Shown here: piece by piece, positions 56,265-64,000 of the stretch | How positions within the stretch are numbered: position 1 is the first letter of the stretch | Layout: every line of letters begins with the position of its first letter | NCBI GenBank assembly: GCA_964016885.1 | Contig: OZ024740.1 | Location: 153,698,001 to 153,762,000 of the forward strand | DNA: 64,000 nucleotides | Direction of reading: 5' to 3' | Origin: Eledone cirrhosa | Taxonomy: Eukaryota | Translations under genes and position numbers: made by a program | The notes under the pieces: generated by a model | What the model was told of the DNA's origin: nothing | What the model saw: only the letters and a program-made list of their open reading frames with translations | Database searches by the model: none

Positions 56265-56893
56265 TTAGTTGGTTTAAGATGTTCGTTTTAACAAGAATTT
56301 GAAGAGGTATATTATATTGTCAACTATTCATCGTTGGTGGTGCTTTCTCTCTCTCACCCCTCTCTCTTTCTCTCTATCCCTCTCTATCCGCCCTCTTTCT
56401 CTCTCTGTATCTCTCACTCTATTTCTATCTCCCTATTTCTCACTTTCTCTCTCATATACACTCTCTTTATCATTCTCATCCTAAACAACTAGAAACGTTA
56501 GTTAATATAGGATAAGCTACGTCTTGATGAAACTCGAGTTTTCGGCGAGAATTATTCTTTTTCAATATAGCCTTGATATCATGAAACACGTATATTTTTG
56601 TTCGAGTCTGTTCCTGGTCTAGGATAATTACGATACAAGATCCTTCAGCTGTGACCTCGGATCTTTGTATATCGATGTCAACTTTGTGCAATGGAATGTA
56701 TCTACAACGGTGGATAGAAAATGAGAGGCGGGTGGCACAATGTCTCAAAATTTATTTTTACCAAGTGAGTCTGTTCATAACTGATTTGGCTTTGTAATCT
56801 GAAACATTAGGACTACAAACTTGTAAATAATATCTCTGCAATAGTATGATGGTTTAAACAAACAAACAGTTGTTTTCATATCAAAAAATGTAA

Positions 56894-56977
56894 TGTCAGA
56901 AGTGGGATTCGAACCCACGCCGGGAAAACCCGACTGCGACCTGAACGCAGCGCCTTAGACCGCTCGGCCATCCTGAC
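56894..56977 (-). tRNA. tRNA-Leu-CAG: tRNA-Leu(CAG), intact
   Basis: Identical to 55179-55262; T-run terminator. Confidence 0.96.
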
Positions 56978-57731
56978 TCACCGTTTATGAGTATAACATT
57001 TGAACTATAATTAGACGAGGCATATTAAATTGTTACGTGTTTTATCATTGTTAGCGATCACTCTCACTTGCTCTATCACACAGTCTCTCGTTCTATTATT
57101 CGTATTGTCTCCCTCCTCTTCCAAAGAGACACCCAATATGCAAGAGGTCTCTCAACTTGCTAGAAAGGAATAACAAATAAATCTCCTTCAATTTTCACTC
57201 TATTTTCTTCACAAGGCGGAATGTAATAAATGGAGAAATTCAAGCAACAATATATGCTTTGAGACGGGATAAAATATCACCCGGATTATTCATAAGTATG
57301 AATTTTCATGGTGATATAAACGATAGTTTTGCTTTTTTAATTAAACCACGAATGAGATTACAGCTTTCCCATCTTGACGTGACTCAAATCCGTCGTAAAA
57401 TTAATCCACAGTTACTCACTATAATCATTTACTAAATTATATTATTATCAATTTGTTTTCAGTAGTTTATTTAAGAAGAAAAGCTATCGTTGATATCATT
57501 ATGAAAATTTATACTTATTCATAATTCGGATAATTTTATCCCGTCTCAAATTATATGTCGTAGCTTGAATTCCGCCATCCATTACGATACTCCTTGTGAA
57601 GAAAATAGAGGGAGAGTTACTTGTTATTTCTTTCTAGCTAGTAGAGAGACCTAATGCATACTGGGTGTCCCGTGGAGTCAGGAAGAATACGGTGAGAATA
57701 ATAGAGAGAAAGAAAGAGGGAGGATATGAGA

Positions 57732-57782
<51 letters not shown>

Positions 57783-57860
57783 CCACCAACGATAAATCAA
57801 GTAAACAATTTAATATGCTTCGTGTAATTATTGTTAAAATGTTACTTCTAGATCCGGTAG

Positions 57861-57944
57861 GTCAGAATGTCAGAGCTCTCTAAGGTGTTGTGTACAGATC
57901 ACAGTCTGGTCACCCTTGCATGGGTTAGAATCCCACTTCAGACA
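57861..57944 (+). pseudogene. tRNA-Leu pseudogene
   Basis: gtcagaatgtcagagctctctaagg...gggttagaatcccacttcagaca; A and B boxes damaged. Confidence 0.85.
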
Positions 57945-58276
57945 TTACTTTATTGTTAATTCAATATGAAACCAAACTGTTTGTTGGTTTAAACCATCCT
58001 TCTGTTACAGATATATTATTTACTATTTTGTAATCTTACTCTTTTAGATTATAAACTAAAATCAGTTTGAACCAGTTATCAAAAAGTATATGACTGTCCT
58101 AAACCTCGAGTTTCATCAAGCCGTATCTTATCCTATATTAACCTTTCTACTTGTTTAGGATGAGAATGATAAAGTTAAAAAGTGAGAGAGTGTGAGTGAC
58201 CACGAATGATAAAGCAAGTAATAATTTAATATGACTCGTCTAATTGTAGTTTAAAAGTTATCTTCGTACGCAGTAA

Positions 58277-58360
58277 GTCAAGATGGCAGAGCGGTGTAAG
58301 GCGCTGCGTTCGTGTCGCAGTCGGGTTTTCCAGGCGTGGGTTCGAATCCCACTTCTGACA
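58277..58360 (+). pseudogene. tRNA-Leu-derived gene with anticodon CGT; probable pseudogene with intact promoter boxes
   Basis: ctgcg-tt-CGT-gt-cgcag; 6 substitutions vs intact copy; A box, B box and T5 terminator retained. Confidence 0.75.
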
Positions 58361-58436
58361 TTACATTTTTGTTATTTCAATACAAACTGATGGTTTAAAC
58401 CACCCTTATCTTACAGATTCATTATTTACAATTTAG

Positions 58437-58628
58437 TAGTGGTGGTTTGGCAGTATCGGTAGAGAGTCGGATGCCATGCTTTCCAGCGTAGTTACGCCTC
58501 TTTACGGTCTGAGTTCAAATCCAGCCGAGGTTCACTTTGCCTTTCAACCTTACGGGGTCGATAAAATAAAGTACCAGTAATGTACTGGGTAATTGCTGAC
58601 TTTGTGCCAAAAGTAGAAACAATTATTT
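58437..58628 (+). mobile_element. SINE family A with TSD attatttacaattt (duplicated at ~62468-62660)
   Basis: Consensus match and flanking duplication. Confidence 0.85.
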
Positions 58629-59066
58629 ACAATTTGGTAGTCAAACAGTTTTAGATTGTAAACCTAAATCAGTTAGAAGCAGTTATGAATACATTCAGTT
58701 GTTAAAGATAATGTTTCATCGTTTTTAGCCAATGTACTATCCCTTAACGTTACTAGGTGCCTTGCACAAAGTTAACTTTCGATATACAAAGATACGTACA
58801 GGTCACAGCTGGAGGATATTGTATTGTAACTATTCTAGACCGGAGATGGACGTTACTGGACACAAAGAAATTACAATATACGTCTTTCATGATTTCACAA
58901 ATATATTTAAAATGTTTAAGTCTATTTCAAACTTAAAGTTTCATCAAGCCCAAGCTTATCCTATATTAACTAACGTTAGGCAAATGAGATTACAACATTC
59001 CCATCTTGACGAGACTCAAATCCGTCGGGAAATTAAGCCTCAGTTACTGCCAGTATAATTTGTTTA

Positions 59067-59121
59067 CTAAAGGCGCTGCGTTCAGATCGCAGTCTTCTCG
59101 GTTCGAATCCCACTTCTGACA
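59067..59121 (+). pseudogene. 5'-truncated tRNA-Leu fragment
   Basis: aaggcgctgcgttcagatcgcagtc..ggttcgaatcccacttctgaca. Confidence 0.85.
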
Positions 59122-59727
59122 ACAATATTATCACATATAAATACGATATCGAAAGTATGATGTCTTAAACCAATCTTCAATAGCAGAATTACTATTTACA
59201 AATTCACCAGGTCGTAGTTTATCCAATATTTACTATTAAATGAAAGTACAACGTTCCCATCTTGACGGGACACAAATCCATCAGAAGATAGATCCCTACT
59301 TTCTCTCAATATTCGATCTTTTACAAATTTTTTGATGATGGTGTCATTATTTATTTATTTGTTTATTTATGTGTTTATTTATTTTCATTAGTTTAATTAA
59401 GGAGCGAACCTATCGTTGATATCACTATGATAATTCATATTGATATCACTATGAAAATTCATATTGATATCACTATGAAAATTCATACTTATTTAGTAAT
59501 CCGAAAGAGAGAGAGAGAGATAGAGAGAAAGAAACAGAGATTTAGAAATATAGAGAGAGATACAGAGGGAGAGAAAGAGAGAGTGAGAGAGAGTAATAGG
59601 GAGAGTGAGAGTGGGGAATGGAGAAAGAGAAATAGAGAGAGAGAGAGAGAGAGAGAAAGAGGGAGATAGATAGATAGATAGACAGAGAGAGACAGAGAGA
59701 CAGAGAAAAAGAAAGAGAGAGAGGGAG

Positions 59728-59778
<51 letters not shown>

Positions 59779-59986
59779 AAGAGAGGCAGAGGGAAACTAC
59801 CACCAACGAAAAATAGTTAATATGAGAGAGAGATAGAGAGAGAGAAACAGAGATTTAGAAATATAGAGAGAGATACAGAGAGAGAGAAAGAGAGAGTGAG
59901 AGAGAGTAATAGGGAGAGAGAGAGAGTGGGGAATGGAGAAAGAGAAATAGAGAGAGATAGAGAAAGAGGGAGATAGATAGATAGAT

Positions 59987-60073
<87 letters not shown>

Positions 60074-60183
60074 TAGAGAGAGAGAGACAAAGAGATGCAG
60101 AGGGAAACCACTACCAACGATAAATAGTTAATAAAATATGCCTTGTCTAATTATTGTTAAAATGTTCTCCGCGAAGCTGGTGA

Positions 60184-60267
60184 GTCAGGATGGCCGAGCG
60201 GTCTAAGGCGCTGCGTTCAGGTCGCAGTCGGGTCTTCCCGGCGTGGGTTCGAATCCCACTTCTGACA
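60184..60267 (+). tRNA. tRNA-Leu-CAG: tRNA-Leu(CAG), intact (variable loop TCTT)
   Basis: One variable-loop difference from the other intact copies; T4 downstream. Confidence 0.95.
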
Positions 60268-61066
60268 ATACAGTTTTGTTACTTCAATATGAAAACAACT
60301 GTTTGTTGTTTTAAACTATCCTTCTGTTAGAGAATTATTATTTAATTTTATAACCCTAATGTTTTAGATTGCAGATCAAAATCAGTTAGAACCAGTAATG
60401 AAACAAATCATTTGTTAAAAATAATGTTAAGAATGAGGAATATAATAGCTGGAGAAATTCAAGCAACAATATATGCTTTGAGACGGGATAAAATATCACC
60501 CGGATTATTCATAAGTATGAATTTTCAAAGTGATATAAACGATAGTTTTGCTTTTTGAATAAACCACGAATGAGATTACAACATTCCCATCTTGACGTGT
60601 CTCAAATCCGTCGTAAAATTAATCCACAGTTACTCTCAATTACTTATCTTTTACTAAATGATATAGGCCTGCATTATTATTATCATTATTTATTATTATC
60701 AAATTTATCGTTGATATCATTATGAAAATTTATAATTATTAATATTTCGGATGATTTTATCCCGTCTCAAAGAATATATCGTACCTTGAATTCCGCCATC
60801 CATTACGTTACTCCTTGTGAAGCAAATAGGAGAGTTGCTTGTTATTTCTTTCTAGCTAGTAGAGAGACCTAATGCATAGTGGGTGTCCCGTGGGGTCAGG
60901 GAGAATACGGTGAGAATAATAGAGAGAAAGAAAGAGGGAGGATATGAGATTTAGAGGGAGAGAGAGTGAGAGAGAGAGAGAGAGATGGAGAGAGAGAGAT
61001 TGAGAGAGAGAGAGAGAGAGTGAGAGAGAGAGAGTGAGAGAGAGTGAGAGAGAGAGAGAGAGAGAG

Positions 61067-61127
<61 letters not shown>

Positions 61128-61210
61128 AATCTCCACCAACGATAAATCAGGTAAACAATTTAATATGCTTCGTGTAATTATTGTCAAAATGTTACTTCTA
61201 GATCCGGTAG

Positions 61211-61294
61211 GTCAGGATGTCAGAGCTCTCTAAGGTGTTGTGTTCAGATCACAGTCGGGTCTCCCTTCCGTGGGTTAGAATCCCACTTCTGACA
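61211..61294 (+). pseudogene. tRNA-Leu pseudogene (paralog of 57861-57944)
   Basis: Shares the lesions gtcagagctctctaagg and ggttagaatcc. Confidence 0.85.
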
Positions 61295-61626
61295 TTACTT
61301 TATTGTTATTTCAATATGAAACCAAACTGTTTGTTGGTTTAAACCATCCTTCTGTTACAGATATATTATTTACTATTTTGTAATCTTACACATTTAGATT
61401 ATAAACTAAAATCAGTTTGAACCAGTTATCAAAAAGTATATGACTGTCCTAAACCTCGAGTTTCATCAAGCCGTAGCTTATCCTATATTAACCTTTCTAC
61501 TTGTTTAGGATGAGAATGATAAAGTTAAAAAGTGAGAGAGTGTGAGTGATCACGAATGATAAAACAAGTAATAATTTAATAAGACTCGTCTAATTGTAGT
61601 TTAAAAGTTATCCTTGCAAACAGTAA

Positions 61627-61710
61627 GTCATGATGGCCGAGCGGTGTAAGGCGCTGCATTTAGGTCGCAGTCAGGTGTTCCAGGCGTGTGTTCGAATCCC
61701 ACTTCTGACA
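61627..61710 (+). pseudogene. tRNA-Leu-derived copy with anticodon TAG, probable pseudogene
   Basis: ctgca-tt-TAG-gt-cgcag; mismatches in acceptor, anticodon and T stems. Confidence 0.8.
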
Positions 61711-61942
61711 ACAGTTTGATCACATTTTAATAATATATCGAAAGTATAATCAATCTTCAGTGACAGAATTACTATTTACAAATTTATCAGGTCGTAGTTT
61801 ATTCAATATTTACTACCAAATCAGAGTACAACGTTCCCATGTCGAGGGGACAGACATCCATCAGACGATAGATCCCTACTTTCTATCAATATTCTTTTTT
61901 TTTTACAAAATTCTATAGGATGGTCTCATTATTTAATCATTT

Positions 61943-62080
61943 GTTACGTCCCTTTACGGTCTGAGTTCAAATCCCGCCGAGGTTTACTTTGACTTTCATC
62001 CTTATGGGGTCGATAACATAAAGTTCCAGTAATGTACTGAGTAATTGCTGGCCTTGTGCCTAAAGTAGAAACAGTTATTT
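61943..62080 (+). mobile_element. 5'-truncated SINE family A
   Basis: Consensus match. Confidence 0.8.
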
Positions 62081-62308
62081 CTTTCTAGCATGTGTAGAGA
62101 CTTGTCGAAAGTGGGTTTTTATCGTGGGGTTAGGGGGGGGGGGGTACAGTGAGAATAATAGAGAGAAAGAAAAAGGGAGATTATGAAATTGAACGAGAGG
62201 GAGAGAGGGAGAGAGGGAGTAAGAGTGATCATTACCAATGATAAAGTAATTAATAATTTAATATGCCTCATCTAATTATAGTTTAAAAGGTACCTTCATA
62301 ATCAGTAA

Positions 62309-62392
62309 GTCAGGATGGCCGAGCGGTCTAAGGCGCTGCGTTCAGGTCGCAGTCGGGTTTTCCCGGCGTGGGTTCGAATCCCACTTCTGACA
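62309..62392 (+). tRNA. tRNA-Leu-CAG: tRNA-Leu(CAG), intact
   Basis: Identical to the 55179 copy; T5 terminator. Confidence 0.96.
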
Positions 62393-63097
62393 TTACATTT
62401 TTGTTATTTCAATACAAACTGATGGTTTAAACCACCCTTATCTTACAGATTCATTATCTACAATTTAGTAGTGGTGGTTTGGCAGTATCGGTAGAGAGTC
62501 GGATGCCATGCTTCCAGCATAGTTACGCCCCTTTACGGTCTGAGTTCAAATCCAGCCGGGGTTCACTTTGCCTTTCAACCTTACGGGGTCGATAAAATAA
62601 AGTACCAGTAATGTACTGGGTAATTGCTGACTTTGTGCCAAAAGTAGAAACAATTATTTACAATTTGGTAGTCAAACAGTTTTAGATTGTAAACCTAAAT
62701 CAGTTAGAAGCAGTTATGAATACATTCAGTTGTTAAAGATAATGTTTCATCGTTTTTAGCCAATGTACTATCCCTTAACGTTACTAGGTGCCTTGCACAA
62801 AGTTAACTTTCGATATACAAAGATACGTACAGGTCACAGCTGGAGGATATTGTATTGTAACTATTCTAGACCGGAGATGGACGTTACTGGACACAAAGAA
62901 ATTACAATATACGTCTTTCATGATTTCACAAATATATTTAAAATGTTTAAGTCTATTTCAAACTTAAAGTTTCATCAAGCCCAAGCTTATCCTATATTAA
63001 CTAACGTTAGGCAAATGAGATTACAACATTCCCATCTTGACGAGACTCAAATCCGTCGGGAAATTAAGCCTCAGTTACTGCCAGTATAATTTGTTTA

Positions 63098-63152
63098 CTA
63101 AAGGCGCTGCGTTCAGATCGCAGTCTTCTCGGTTCGAATCCCACTTCTGACA
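63098..63152 (+). pseudogene. 5'-truncated tRNA-Leu fragment (duplicate of 59067-59121)
   Basis: Identical sequence at 4031-bp offset. Confidence 0.85.
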
Positions 63153-63762
63153 ACAATATTATCACATATAAATACGATATCGAAAGTATGATGTCTTAAA
63201 CCAATCTTCAATAGCAGAATTACTATTTACAAATTCACCAGGTCGTAGTTTATCCAATATTTACTATTAAATGAAAGTACAACGTTCCCATCTTGACGGG
63301 ACACAAATCCATCAGAAGATAGATCCCTACTTTCTCTCAATATTCGATCTTTTACAAATTTTTTGATGATGGTGTCATTATTTATTTATTTGTTTATTTA
63401 TGTGTTTATTTATTTTCATTAGTTTAATTAAGGAGCGAACCTATCGTTGATATCACTATGATAATTCATATTGATATCACTATGAAAATTCATATTGATA
63501 TCACTATGAAAATTCATACTTATTTAGTAATCCGAAAGAGAGAGAGAGAGAGAGAGATAGAGAGAAAGAAACAGAGATTTAGAAATATAGAGAGAGATAC
63601 AGAGGGAGAGAAAGAGAGAGTGAGAGAGAGTAATAGGGAGAGAGAGAGTGGGGAATGGAGAAAGAGAAATAGAGAGAGAGAGAGAGAGAGAAAGAGGGAG
63701 ATAGATAGATAGATAGACAGAGAGAGACAGAGAGACAGAGAAAAAGAAAGAGAGAGAGGGAG

Positions 63763-63813
<51 letters not shown>

Positions 63814-64000
63814 AAGAGAGGCAGAGGGAAACTACCACCAACGAAAAATAGTTAATATGAGAGAGAGATAGAGAGAGAGAAACAGAGATTTAGAAATATA
63901 GAGAGAGATACAGAGAGAGAGAAAGAGAGAGTGAGGGAGAGTAATAGGGAGAGAGAGAGAGTGGGGAATGGAGAAAGAGAAATAGAGAGAGATAGAGAAA

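Larger units (their letters stand above)
58340..64000 (+). repeat. Tandem segmental duplication, period ~4031 bp (58340-~59960 repeated at 62372-64000)
   Basis: Near-identical sequence, e.g. identical 108-aa ORFs at 58732 and 62763; also ~57560-58276 matches ~60760-61626. Confidence 0.92.

Noticed and set aside
58732-59058. 108-aa ORF duplicated identically at 62763-63089
   Set aside because: Identity is explained by the recent 4-kb duplication; no recognisable domain; lies in tRNA spacer sequence

Overview
This is AT-rich, microsatellite-dense eukaryotic repeat DNA with no recognisable host protein-coding gene. It is most likely a cephalopod (Octopus-like) genome, inferred from the SINE types and (TA)n/(CA)n/(GATA)n load and not verified. 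Almost all ORFs in the track are microsatellite artefacts. The real content is: about 25 tRNA-derived SINE copies of two families; decayed non-LTR retrotransposons (two Tx1/L1-like, one R4/Dong-like with a restriction-like endonuclease, three RTE-like); a Penelope-like element with a ~1.1 kb inverted duplication; an internally deleted Gypsy LTR element; several MITEs with clear TSDs; and from ~55 kb an array of tRNA-Leu(CAG) genes (4 intact, 7 degenerate) built by tandem and inverted duplication. The most notable unannotated signal is a dispersed set of small non-coding elements inside (TA)n tracts that carry minimal hammerhead ribozyme motifs. Two copies look structurally intact (5623-5687 and 47613-47683, minus strand), and several others survive as fold-back palindromes of the ribozyme 3' half. 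A leucine-body tRNA copy with a Thr (CGT) anticodon also stands out. All calls were made by eye; repeat boundaries are approximate.
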